Part shown: positions 10,587-19,447 of the stretch, piece after piece
Numbering within the stretch: the first letter of the stretch is position 1
How the letters are laid out: every line of letters begins with the position of its first letter
Assembly (NCBI GenBank): GCA_049287305.1
Contig: JBAQFO010000014.1
Coordinates: 128,453 to 192,452, forward strand
Length of the DNA stretch: 64,000 nt
Reading direction: 5' to 3'
DNA from: Minisyncoccia bacterium
Lineage (GTDB): Bacteria; Patescibacteriota; Minisyncoccia; Phycocordibacterales; UBA9973
Translations under genes and position numbers: made by a program
The notes under the pieces: generated by a model
Database searches by the model: none
Told to the model about the DNA's origin: nothing
The model's input: only the letters and a program-made list of their open reading frames with translations

Positions 10587-11219
10587 TTATTCTACCAAAA
10601 CTGCGCTCACGACAAGACGCTCATCATGAGTCCGATATTCTTTGAGCCACGCCCCAGTGCATGTGATCAACCTCAAGATTTTTCCTTCTCTTATTCTGAA
10701 TATTTCCGGCACATTTTCGTTAAAATCATAAATTTCTGAGCCTGTAACCCTAAAATGTAGTCTTTTATTTTCGTCTGTGGTTATATAAATATCGTCGCCT
10801 TCTTTTAGATTTGAAAGCTTACTAAACACTGCCGGCAAGGATAAGCCATTATCCACATGCCCTGCTATTACCGCGCTTCCTATATTTCCGGGAACTGTCC
10901 CGTATTTATACCAGCCAACATTTCGAAAACTCCTCGGCGTAGCCATGTTTCCCTTTGCAGTTATTCCGACCTTTTGTATATCTGCATTAACGTTAATTTT
11001 TGGTATAGACAGAGCTATCGGATAACCTTTTGGAACTTTTTTTACCGCTTCTTCTTGCAAGCTCGCTGATTCCGAAGTTTCTAAAGGAATACCTATACTC
11101 ACTAAAGGCAATGGGATTTCGTCTGAAGGCGCATAAAAAACCGCATTTGAAAGGACCACCGCAAAAATGATAAGGGCTATGGTGACAACTATTATTAAGT
11201 GGTTTTTCTTGAGTTTCAT
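10587..11219 (-). CDS. Sortase (transpeptidase)
   Basis: N-terminal TM segment. IAGHVDNG (His) and LITCTGAW (TLxTC Cys) motifs. Confidence 0.75.
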   Translation of the reverse strand: MKLKKNHLIIVVTIALIIFAVVLSNAVFYAPSDEIPLPLVSIGIPLETSESASLQEEAVKKVPKGYPIALSIPKINVNADIQKVGITAKGNMATPRSFRNVGWYKYGTVPGNIGSAVIAGHVDNGLSLPAVFSKLSNLKEGDDIYITTDENKRLHFRVTGSEIYDFNENVPEIFRIREGKILRLITCTGAWLKEYRTHDERLVVSAVLVE

Positions 11220-11294
11220 TATTTATTAAAAATAATATCACCACAGAGGAAAAGACGGAAGCCTTATAAATGACAACCGTCTTTTCACTCGTGA

Positions 11295-11774
11295 TTAATA
11301 CTTTCGGGAAGGTTGGTTTAGGTAAATAAATCCAAGAAAAGCTATTAACCCTGAAACAGCCAGGAGGAGAATGTTGTTAAGCGCATTGCCTCCGTATCCT
11401 GTTGTCGGCAAACCCGGAGAATACACTGTCCCGCCGCCTGGCCCAAAGGTAGCTCCGTTACATACCCAGCCATTTATGATGCTGTATCCGTATATGGATG
11501 AACATCCATTCAGATAAGGTATAGCGACTGGTCCGCCGCTGCATGGCGACCCACTTACAACACTATATCCTAATGCGGAAGAACATCCGGGCAAGAATCC
11601 CATGTAGGCAGTCGAATTGCCATTACAAGAGTTTCCAGTAGTTACACTGTAGCCAAGACCGGAGGCACAGCCTGAAGGAAAGGAAGCAGTCTGAGCACTC
11701 GCGCTTGGTGCGCCCATGAGGCCAAAAACACCCAAAACAAACGCTAAGGATAGAATCAAAGAATAAATTTTCAC
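11295..11774 (-). CDS. LPXTG-anchored surface protein with three Cys-pair repeats
   Basis: Signal peptide. Three ~24-aa repeats of form GC-SxLGYS...G..C-G. C-terminal LPTTG, then a hydrophobic stretch, then an RKY tail. Confidence 0.7.
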   Translation of the reverse strand: MKIYSLILSLAFVLGVFGLMGAPSASAQTASFPSGCASGLGYSVTTGNSCNGNSTAYMGFLPGCSSALGYSVVSGSPCSGGPVAIPYLNGCSSIYGYSIINGWVCNGATFGPGGGTVYSPGLPTTGYGGNALNNILLLAVSGLIAFLGFIYLNQPSRKY

Positions 11775-11879
11775 TTTATTTTATAAGGCTAATAATAATT
11801 AAACAACGAATGGAGCCAACTTCGACTATTGTTGATTTCCATTTACTATATAAGACGATGTTGACCTTATTTTATTACA

Positions 11880-12584
11880 TTAATTTTCTTCCTCTTCGTC
11901 AATCCCGCTTTCTCCCCGAGCTCTTTCAAGCACAGACTCCAGGGCGTCTTTAGTCGAATCGCTCTCATATGAGTTCTCTTCTTTTTTTATTTGTTCCCTT
12001 ATCTTCTCTATTTTTTCTGAGTGTCTCTGAAGCTTTGACTCGAGTTCTGTTTCCAGAAATTCTTTCTCATAATTTTCTTTGCGCAGTTCGGCTTTTTTAT
12101 TTTTTATTTCTCTTATATTTTCATCAAAATCACCGAGGTTTTTCTGGATATCTTTCTCTAGTTTCTTGGTATTTTTTTTATTGAGTCTTCCTTTTTCTGC
12201 TAGTTTTTCAAATTCGTCTACCCTCCTTTCTATTTTTCTAGAATTATCTTTAGCTTTGCTTTCAGCGCTTCTGTGAAAAACAGCGGGGATTTTTTCAACG
12301 ACATTTGTTTTTACGCCGTAAAGCAAGTCTCCCGGCAGAGTGTCCAGGGAGGCAAAAGCAGTCGCGCTAGTGAGGGACAATATCAGTCCAGCCAGAATAC
12401 CAACCTTAACGTATCTGCTCTCTAGTAAAAAAGAAAATCTGAAGAAAGGACTAGGAGTTGAATATTTAAGCTTGGTATCAGAGCTTTCCTTTTTTATAGA
12501 AGTGGAGATACGCTCAAATAGACTCCTTTTTTCGGAATCCGATAGTGTGATTTCTTTTAATTTTTTAAATTCCTTCATTTTCAT
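11880..12584 (-). CDS. Putative anti-sigma factor / DUF5667-like single-pass membrane protein
   Basis: Sits immediately downstream of the ECF sigma gene. Has one TM helix and a K/E-rich coiled-coil ectodomain. The arrangement is common in Firmicutes and CPR. Confidence 0.45.
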   Translation of the reverse strand: MKMKEFKKLKEITLSDSEKRSLFERISTSIKKESSDTKLKYSTPSPFFRFSFLLESRYVKVGILAGLILSLTSATAFASLDTLPGDLLYGVKTNVVEKIPAVFHRSAESKAKDNSRKIERRVDEFEKLAEKGRLNKKNTKKLEKDIQKNLGDFDENIREIKNKKAELRKENYEKEFLETELESKLQRHSEKIEKIREQIKKEENSYESDSTKDALESVLERARGESGIDEEEEN

Positions 12585-12594
12585 TGTTTTATTT

Positions 12595-13110
12595 TTAGGC
12601 GTGAAGTTTTGATTTCAAGATACGCAAGCCTCTGTTGATTCGAACCGAAATAGTGTTGGCTGATTCTCCCAGAATAACGGCGATTTCTTTAGGAGTCAAT
12701 TCCTCAACAAATCGTAGATATATCGCTTCTCTGTATATGGGCTCCAGGCTGGCAATTTTTTCCTTCGCCATCTTGGCTTCAAGTAAAACATCTACGCCGA
12801 CAACATTTCCGTCAAACATATCCAGATACAGCTCTTTGTCCTCTGAATTTTCCCCGGGGAAGCTTTGTAGCGGCAAACTCTTCTTTTTCCTATACCAATC
12901 TATCACGAGATGTCTGGCGATTCGGTAAAGCAGGGCGCGTGGCTCATCAACTTTTTCTTTTTGCAGAGTCTGCCAGAAACGCAAATAGGTATCTGCCACT
13001 ATATCCATCGCCTGCTCTTTATCCGACACTCTATATAAGACAAAGCGGAAAAGGCCATCTGTGTTGTCGGCGTAGGCTTTTTCAAAGATTTTTTCTATGG
13101 ATAACTTCAT
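12595..13110 (-). CDS. RNA polymerase sigma factor, ECF subfamily
   Basis: Region 2 (RHLVIDWYRKK) and region 4 helix-turn-helix (LTPKEIAVILGESANTISVRINRG). Confidence 0.8.
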   Translation of the reverse strand: MKLSIEKIFEKAYADNTDGLFRFVLYRVSDKEQAMDIVADTYLRFWQTLQKEKVDEPRALLYRIARHLVIDWYRKKKSLPLQSFPGENSEDKELYLDMFDGNVVGVDVLLEAKMAKEKIASLEPIYREAIYLRFVEELTPKEIAVILGESANTISVRINRGLRILKSKLHA

Positions 13111-13296
13111 ACATGCAGACGATTAACGGCTCGGATACTTACTTATACTAGCATCAAATTTGTAATTATCCATTAATTTCAATCTAGGTAGTCAAATACG
13201 ATTTTGTCAGTAAGTATTTCTACCTTCTTTCGTCTGTGCTTTTAGGAGGATAACCTTTCCATCTTCCTAAGCATTATTAGTTAACATAAAAATATT

Positions 13297-14118
13297 ATGA
13301 AAAACAAGCAAAGTATCGCAACAGGTTTTGTTTTGTTAGCCTTATTGGGGGTGGGTTTAATTTCAACCCCGGCAATGGCGGACAATGAAAACAAAGGAAG
13401 TTCCAAAGGTTTTCTTAATGCCCAAGCTTCTTTAAAAGCCGATGCATTTATGAAAGCTGAAAATGCAACGGGTGTGGTTTTGGGTTCAAATAACTCGCTT
13501 AGAGTTATGGGGGCAAAAGTTACATCAGTTTCCGGAAGCGATATAAGCGCTACGGTTCCTTTCGGGAATAGTTCTCTTAACTTTGTTGTAAAGACAGATG
13601 CAGAGACTAAGTTAAACGGTAAAGTATTATCAGGCGCGTCCGCCCTAGCCGGGTTAAAAGCCGGAGACAAAATTAGCTTTGGCGGAACAATAACCTCTTC
13701 AACAAGCTCGTCAATAGTCGTTGACGGAGACCATGTAGTAAGTCAAGCTCTTTACGGAGGAATAAAATTAGAAGATAAAACTTCTTTCCAAGGTGAAGTG
13801 AAAGCGGTGAACTCTACCGACAGTTACTTTACTCTTAAACTTAAGAGTGGAGTAAGTGTTAAAGTCCTGATTTCAAGCTCAACTGTTATTACTTTAGATG
13901 GCGCAACTAAGCCCCTTTCTTCTCTGGAAGAAGGAGATGAAGTAAGACTAACAGGTGAATTGAATTCTGACGGAAGCGTGATTACTGCTTCCAAGGTCTC
14001 AGCTGAAAGCGAAGATAGTGACGACGAAGAAGACGATAACGATAATGACGACAAGGATGGAAGAAAAGAATTCAGAGGCGGTTTTTGGGGTAAAATCCAA
14101 AATTGGTTCTGGAGATAA
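13297..14118 (+). CDS. Secreted protein with acidic D/E-rich C-terminus
   Basis: Signal peptide MKNKQSIATGFVLLALLGVGLISTPAMA. Tail DDEEDDNDNDDKD...FWGKIQNWFWR. Confidence 0.5.
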   Translation: MKNKQSIATGFVLLALLGVGLISTPAMADNENKGSSKGFLNAQASLKADAFMKAENATGVVLGSNNSLRVMGAKVTSVSGSDISATVPFGNSSLNFVVKTDAETKLNGKVLSGASALAGLKAGDKISFGGTITSSTSSSIVVDGDHVVSQALYGGIKLEDKTSFQGEVKAVNSTDSYFTLKLKSGVSVKVLISSSTVITLDGATKPLSSLEEGDEVRLTGELNSDGSVITASKVSAESEDSDDEEDDNDNDDKDGRKEFRGGFWGKIQNWFWR

Positions 14119-14138
14119 AAATTAAATAAATTTTACCT

Positions 14139-14170
14139 AAAAAAGAGCCCTTAAAAGGGCTCTTTTTCTT
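14139..14170. terminator. Bidirectional rho-independent terminator between convergent genes
   Basis: AAAAAGAGCCCTT-AAA-AGGGCTCTTTTTCTT. Confidence 0.7.
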
Positions 14171-14179
14171 GAGGTAATA

Positions 14180-14464
14180 TTATAATTTTTCCTCAGCTTT
14201 GAAAAGTTCCATAATACTGCCCACAGCTTGACCGATTGCTAGGTCGTCGGCTTTCATATCCAATGATTTCTCGGTTGTGGCCTTTAGATAATTAAAAACC
14301 ATTTCATGAGAAATATCTCCTTTTTCATACATTGAAAAAATTTCGGCAGCGTAAGCATCATATTCCCTACGAGCATCAGGCATATCCGACACGCCTAAAG
14401 GGTCCCAATCTTTCAGTAAAATTGCGCTTATTTCTTTTATTAAAATTTCATTTTCGGGAGGCAT
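14180..14464 (-). CDS. Hypothetical protein
   Basis: 94-aa ORF with a protein-like composition. No recognisable motif. Confidence 0.35.
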   Translation of the reverse strand: MPPENEILIKEISAILLKDWDPLGVSDMPDARREYDAYAAEIFSMYEKGDISHEMVFNYLKATTEKSLDMKADDLAIGQAVGSIMELFKAEEKL

Positions 14465-14483
14465 GCTCGGATTATATCATATA

Positions 14484-15335
14484 TTAGAGATTTGTCGGGT
14501 CAGTCCTAACGTGCAGGTTTTCGTTCAGTCCGTTAATCTTCTCCATCTCGTCTTCCGATAGTTCAAAGTCAAATATCCCGATGTTCTCTTCTATGCGCTC
14601 CTTGTGGGTAGATTTAGGTATGGGGATGAGTCTATGCTGCACACTCCAACGAATTAAAACCTGGGCGTTACTTTTCCCATGCTTTTTTGCTATTTCGCTT
14701 ATTAAAATATTTCGCGAAATGTCACCACTTGCCAAAGGCGAATGCGCTTGGAGGCGGATGTTGTTCGCCTGGCAGTATTCAAGTAATTCTTTTTGAAATA
14801 AAAATGGATGAAATTCTACCTGGTCAACCGCCGGAGGCACCGTGGCATAGCCCTTCATTTCTTTAAGGTGGGCAATTGTATAATTTGAAACCCCAATGGC
14901 TTTGGCTTTCCCTGATTTGTAAATTTCTTCCATAGCGCGCCACGTCTCCTCTCTTTTATTTATGCTGACTTTCCGTTCCGGGTCTGCTGTCGGCCAGTGG
15001 ATTAAATATAAATCCACATACGCAAAACCAAGCTTCTCAAGCGACGTGTCTATGGCTTTAAGCGTGCTCTCGTAGCCCTGGTCTGAGTTGCCCAATTTTG
15101 TTGTTATAAATAATTCTTCTCTAGGAATCCCAGACTCTTTTATGGCTTTCCCCACCCCTTTTTCGTTGTCGTAAAGTTTTGCGGTGTCTATCAATCTGTA
15201 TCCGGCTTCTATTGCCCACTTTACTTCGTTAATAACAGGGTCCCCTTCTTCGGTGCGAAAAGTTCCAATGCCGATAATTGGCATAGTTGAGCCGTTGTTC
15301 AGAGTAACTCTTGATTTTAAATTTAAATTATCCAT
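14484..15335 (-). CDS. Aldo/keto reductase (2,5-diketo-D-gluconate reductase-like)
   Basis: MPIIGIGTF...LIDTAKLYDNEKGVG...ITTKL and IHWP motifs. Confidence 0.8.
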   Translation of the reverse strand: MDNLNLKSRVTLNNGSTMPIIGIGTFRTEEGDPVINEVKWAIEAGYRLIDTAKLYDNEKGVGKAIKESGIPREELFITTKLGNSDQGYESTLKAIDTSLEKLGFAYVDLYLIHWPTADPERKVSINKREETWRAMEEIYKSGKAKAIGVSNYTIAHLKEMKGYATVPPAVDQVEFHPFLFQKELLEYCQANNIRLQAHSPLASGDISRNILISEIAKKHGKSNAQVLIRWSVQHRLIPIPKSTHKERIEENIGIFDFELSEDEMEKINGLNENLHVRTDPTNL

Positions 15336-15442
15336 ATCTATTCAAAATTCATCAATTTTATTATATCAAATGTAGCGAAATTAAAAAATAATGAGGACGG
15401 GTTTATCAAAAAAACAAACTTTAACTATAAAAGAAAAGTCAC

Positions 15443-15489
15443 CCGGCACAGAAGTGTCAGGGACTCTTCTCTGCTACGGGTGACGGGAT
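15443..15489 (-). terminator. Long GC hairpin plus T-run terminator after the TrxR-like gene
   Basis: GTCACCCG...CGGGTGAC perfect 8-bp inverted repeat (extended to ~19 bp with mismatches), followed by TTTTCTTTT on the minus strand. Confidence 0.6.
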
Positions 15490-15490
15490 G

Positions 15491-16537
15491 CTACTTGAGG
15501 GCGAGATAACCGTGAATGTTCTGCACGGCCATTGCGCCTTCTGCGACGGCCGAGGCGATTCGCTTGATGGAGCCGTGGCGGACATCGCCAGCGGCGAAGA
15601 CTCCTGGCATTGAAGTCTCCATAAAGAAAGGTGGACGAGGCAGCTGAGTCAGACGCCAGTGACCGGTGGGAACGTCGTTACCAGTGTAAATCTGACCTCT
15701 CTCATCCAACGCGATGCCGTCCGGAAGCCACTTGGTTTTCGCTACGCTTCCGATGGAGATGAACATCTCCTTGGCGTTCACGACTTCATTCCCCGTCGGC
15801 GAGGTGATCACCACCGACTCAAGGCGGGGGTCGCCGTGAGCCTCTTTGACTTGGGAGTTGTAGTGCATGACGATGTTTGATGCCGCCTTGATGCGCTCGA
15901 TGAGGTATGCCGACATCGTGGAGGAAAGGGCCTCGTTTCTCACCACCATGTGAACCCGGCACCCTTTCTGCTTACAGAGAAAGATGACGGCCTGCCCTGC
16001 GGAGTTTGCTCCGCCGACCACAACCACATCCCCCTCGTATGACTCATCGACTTTCGGAGAGCCATACTTCACTCCCCGTCCGATGAGCCTGGCGACACCT
16101 TCCACTTCAAGAGGACGGTAAGACACGCCGAGCGCGAGAATGACGGTGCGAGTTGGGATGATGGTCCCATCTTCCGTAGTTACGAGAAGCTTGCCGTCCG
16201 ACTGCTGAACGTTGCTGACTCGTGCTGGCACCATGAAGACGGTGCCAAACTTCTCGCACTGAGAAATCGCTCGGTCTGCCAGCTCCTTACCAGTGACTCC
16301 CGCCGGGAAACCGAGAAAGTTCTCGATTGAAGTTGATTCTGCCGCCTGTCCGCCACAACCATCCGTGCTGCGTTCCACTATCAGGGTCGTCAGCCCCTCC
16401 GATTCGGCAGTGATAGCTGCCGACATTCCTGCCAGTGAGAATCTCATTCTGCTAAAGACTGCGGACAAAGGCCGGTATTTAATAAAATGCTTACTGACAT
16501 AAGAGAAGGAAAATTCGATGGAATACTTGTCTGGCAT
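15491..16537 (-). pseudogene. GC-rich TrxR-like flavoprotein oxidoreductase (FNR/TrxR fold, no CxxC); N-terminus replaced and GxGxxG degraded
   Basis: GDVRHGSIKRIASAVAEGAMA C-terminal FAD motif and VVVVGGANSAGQ NAD motif. The N-terminal dinucleotide motif reads FSLAGMSAA instead of GxGPAG. The first ~30 codons of the tracked ORF lie in AT-rich sequence with no homology. The gene body is markedly GC-rich. Confidence 0.5.
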
Positions 16538-17566
16538 CCAGATCGCCTTGCTCGAAATGCCGGAGACCTAGGAGCGATCGTAGACCTGTTAGATCAAAAG
16601 AGATTAATAGAGATAAGAACGTATAGTCAGCACTTCACAAATAATCCGAATGAGAAGTTTCTACTAATGATTCTTGGTAGTCAGGCAAAACTAGAGAATG
16701 ATAATAAAAGTATAAATGTAAAACGTGGATTAAAAACACAAGTCGAAAATGGATTATGGCCCAGTGTTGCTCCCACTGGGTATTTAAATGCAAAAAATAA
16801 AGATCAGAAATGTCATGTATTTGTTGACCCAGACAGAGCACCAGTCATGAAAGAGATCTTTGTAAAGGTGGGACACCAAGGATGGAGTGGTAGAAAAGTT
16901 TTTAGATGGCTCAAAGATATAAAATTTGTAACACGCACAGGCAAACCACTAACTCTTAGTAATATTTATGTAATCCTGAATAACCACTTCTACTATGGAA
17001 GCTTTGAGTACCCAAAGAAAAGTGGTCGATGGTTTCAAGGTAAGCACATACCGCTAATAACAAAAGATTTATACGATGATGTTCAGAAACAATTACACTT
17101 ACAAATAAAGGCTCATGGAAGAAATAAGGAATTTGCATTTACGCGAATGCTAACCTGCGGGGCATGTGAGTCTGGGGTCAGTGCGCAAGAAAAGTATAAA
17201 ACTCTAAAAGATGGTTCGGTAAATAAATACATTTATTATGGATGTACTAGAGCCAGAGATATAAACTGTAAAGAAGGATATATTGAAGAGAAAGTATTAA
17301 TAGACCAACTACTTGGGATAGTAGATAAAATAGATTTGGACAAATCAGGGATAAAGAAAAAGCTTGAAGTAGAAATTGAACGACATAAAAAATTCCATTC
17401 AGGAATAATGGGTAAACCAAAAGAAGAATATTCAGCCAAAGATGCTGACATAAGAAATTATGCAAAATATTTACTTACCGAGGGATCAGTATTTGAAAAA
17501 AGAGATTTGCTAGGCTGTTTAAAAAGTAAAATAAACTTAAAAAATAAAGTAGTTTCAATAAGTTAA
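16487..17566 (+). pseudogene. Large serine recombinase, 5'-truncated (catalytic Ser region missing)
   Basis: Starts inside the resolvase domain (GKFDGILVWHPDRLARNAGDL), about 70 aa short of the catalytic Ser. The recombinase domain and zinc ribbon (CGACESG...YYGCTRAR) are intact. A TAA sits immediately upstream in frame. Confidence 0.65.
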
Positions 17567-19017
17567 TTTACCTCCGGCCAAAAAGTATTTATTACATCAT
17601 CACCTAAAAATTCAGCAAGTTCTCCTGATGGTTTATTTTCACCAATACATTTTGCTACTCTTAATGTCCAAGGGATGTTTTTAGGACTCAAGATTTGAGA
17701 GAGTTGTTGAATTACATCTTTCAAATCATCATCTTTACGGTTCCAAGAATCGCAAGAATCCAAAAGTGTTTGTTTGGCGCCATATTTATTACTCTCAGAT
17801 TTAATTTTTAGTTTTGCTTCATCCCAATTATTTAACCCTAGAGATGAAAGAACTTCGTTAGAAAGAAAAAGGTTTTCAGATTCTCGACACGCAAGTTTGA
17901 TAAATTTTATATTTAACTGCTGATTGCTCTCATCTGCTATTGGTAGTGATTGATCGCCATCCAAAAGAGCATACCCAACTGGATTAGATTGATCTGACCT
18001 TAGGCTAGTAAATAACTTCTCTAAAGATTTTTGATAGTTTTTTACCTCTTCAGACCCACTACAAGGGATAACTGCAAGGGGAACTTTATGATATCTTGGT
18101 ATTTGGCTCCAAATTTTATTATCATCATCTCCCTCTACTAGTAATAGTGGTGCACCAAAAAGTGGACCCATCAAAGCATGCCCCCCTAAACAAGTAGAAA
18201 GTTCTTGTAACGCTTTATTGAATTTTATTGCCTTCTGTTCTTTTATTGAATTATTTAAATAAATAACACTAGTTTTTTCTTCACCATGATAACCAAGAGC
18301 AGAGAGTAACGTAGTACTATGTGTCGCAATTACTATCTGAACTTTATATTTATCAAGTAATTTAACTAAGAAATTTGCTAAGTGTTGTTGCAAGTCTGGA
18401 TGCAAGTGTGTATCAGGTTCATCAATAAGCAAAACTCTACTGGTTTGATTTTCTAATTCCCACATAGCACAAATAGTAAGCAGATCTATTGCTAGAGTTA
18501 AAATTTCTGCTTCCCCTGTACTTAAAGCATTAACACTGGATACAATATCATCATTATGTATTCTCTTTAGTTCAAAGGGAGGATTTTGACCTGTTATAGA
18601 AAATTGGAAATCGGGTAATAATATTTGTAGAGTATCTTCAATATCTTGAACATTAACAGGGCTGGCCGCTCCTCGCGAGGTCACATTACCAATTTTAATA
18701 AACAATGCTTGAATACGAGAAATTGATTCTTGACGATAAGTAGGAGAAAGATTATTTCTCCCTCTTCCAGCTCTGCTAGGAGCGGTCAGTTGTTCCTGCA
18801 TAATCCCAACATCATGAGTAATATCACCAGCTCTTTCTGGAGAAGTGTAATGATAAGTACTTTGATCAGTATCTCTAAGGAGTCTGAGTAAGCGACTTTT
18901 TCCAGATCCATTTTTACCGAACAAAACAGTAATCTCATTTAAATCCTTGAGTTCCCATTGTTCTGCACCAAGATATCCTGGTCTTACAATATTTAAATCT
19001 GAGAAATATTTTGCCAT
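17563..19017 (-). CDS. OLD-family ATP-dependent endonuclease (ABC ATPase + Toprim)
   Basis: Walker A GKNGSGKS, ABC signature LSTGEAEIL, Walker B VLLIDEPDTHLHP, H-loop ATHS. C-terminal Toprim has LLLVEGDDDNKIW (Glu) and LLDGDQS (DxD). Confidence 0.75.
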   Translation of the reverse strand: MAKYFSDLNIVRPGYLGAEQWELKDLNEITVLFGKNGSGKSRLLRLLRDTDQSTYHYTSPERAGDITHDVGIMQEQLTAPSRAGRGRNNLSPTYRQESISRIQALFIKIGNVTSRGAASPVNVQDIEDTLQILLPDFQFSITGQNPPFELKRIHNDDIVSSVNALSTGEAEILTLAIDLLTICAMWELENQTSRVLLIDEPDTHLHPDLQQHLANFLVKLLDKYKVQIVIATHSTTLLSALGYHGEEKTSVIYLNNSIKEQKAIKFNKALQELSTCLGGHALMGPLFGAPLLLVEGDDDNKIWSQIPRYHKVPLAVIPCSGSEEVKNYQKSLEKLFTSLRSDQSNPVGYALLDGDQSLPIADESNQQLNIKFIKLACRESENLFLSNEVLSSLGLNNWDEAKLKIKSESNKYGAKQTLLDSCDSWNRKDDDLKDVIQQLSQILSPKNIPWTLRVAKCIGENKPSGELAEFLGDDVINTFWPEVN

Positions 19018-19058
19018 AATTTTAACCCGTCTAGGTCCTTCGATACTAAACTAAACTG

Positions 19059-19129
19059 CTGGGAGACTAGGAATCGAACCTAGATTAAAGGCTTCAAAGG
19101 CCTCTGTCCTACCGTTAGACGATCTCCCA
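19059..19129 (-). tRNA. tRNA-Gln(UUG)
   Basis: Manual fold of TGGGAGA TC GTCT AACGGTA GGAC A GAGGC CTTTGAA GCCTT TAAT CTAGG TTCGATT CCTAG TCTCCCA G. U1:A72 is typical of bacterial tRNA-Gln. Anticodon UUG. Confidence 0.8.
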
Positions 19130-19133
19130 ATGT

Positions 19134-19370
19134 TTAAAACTTTAACAACAATTCTTTCTTACCCTTGGCCGTTTTGTAATATTTCTCTTTTCTGAAAGCT
19201 TCATACCTATCATCGCATGCTTCAGAATACAGAATTTCAAAAGGGATGCGGGATTTGGTGGATTTCACTTTGCCTGAATTATGATAACTTAGACGTTGCC
19301 CTAAATCATGCGTACACCCTACGTATAGATTACCATCCTTTTTGCTTTTCAAAACATAGACAAAGTGCAT
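19134..19370 (-). CDS. GIY-YIG nuclease superfamily small protein (UPF0213-like)
   Basis: MHFVYVLKSKKDGNLYVGCTHDLGQRLSYHN is a GIY-YIG core. 78 aa. Confidence 0.7.
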   Translation of the reverse strand: MHFVYVLKSKKDGNLYVGCTHDLGQRLSYHNSGKVKSTKSRIPFEILYSEACDDRYEAFRKEKYYKTAKGKKELLLKF

Positions 19371-19375
19371 ATGTT

Positions 19376-19447
19376 TTTGTCCTACCGTTAGCCTCGCCCA
19401 TAGGCTGGAGCCTGATGGCTACGGCCGAGGGACGATCTCCCAATATT
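19376..19447 (-). repeat. Partial duplicate of the tRNA-Gln 5' end (acceptor + D-arm, 25 nt) interrupted by a 40-nt GC-rich hairpin
   Basis: TGGGAGATCGT + CCCTCGGCCGTAGCCATCAGGCTCCAGCCTATGGGCGAGG + CTAACGGTAGGACA. It matches the tRNA at 19105-19131 on either side of the insert. Confidence 0.6.

Noticed and set aside
15440-16490. Simple chimeric-contig explanation for the GC-rich DNA
   Set aside because: Five separate GC-rich patches are each flanked on both sides by host-like genes. A single mis-join cannot produce that. It still needs read-level confirmation.
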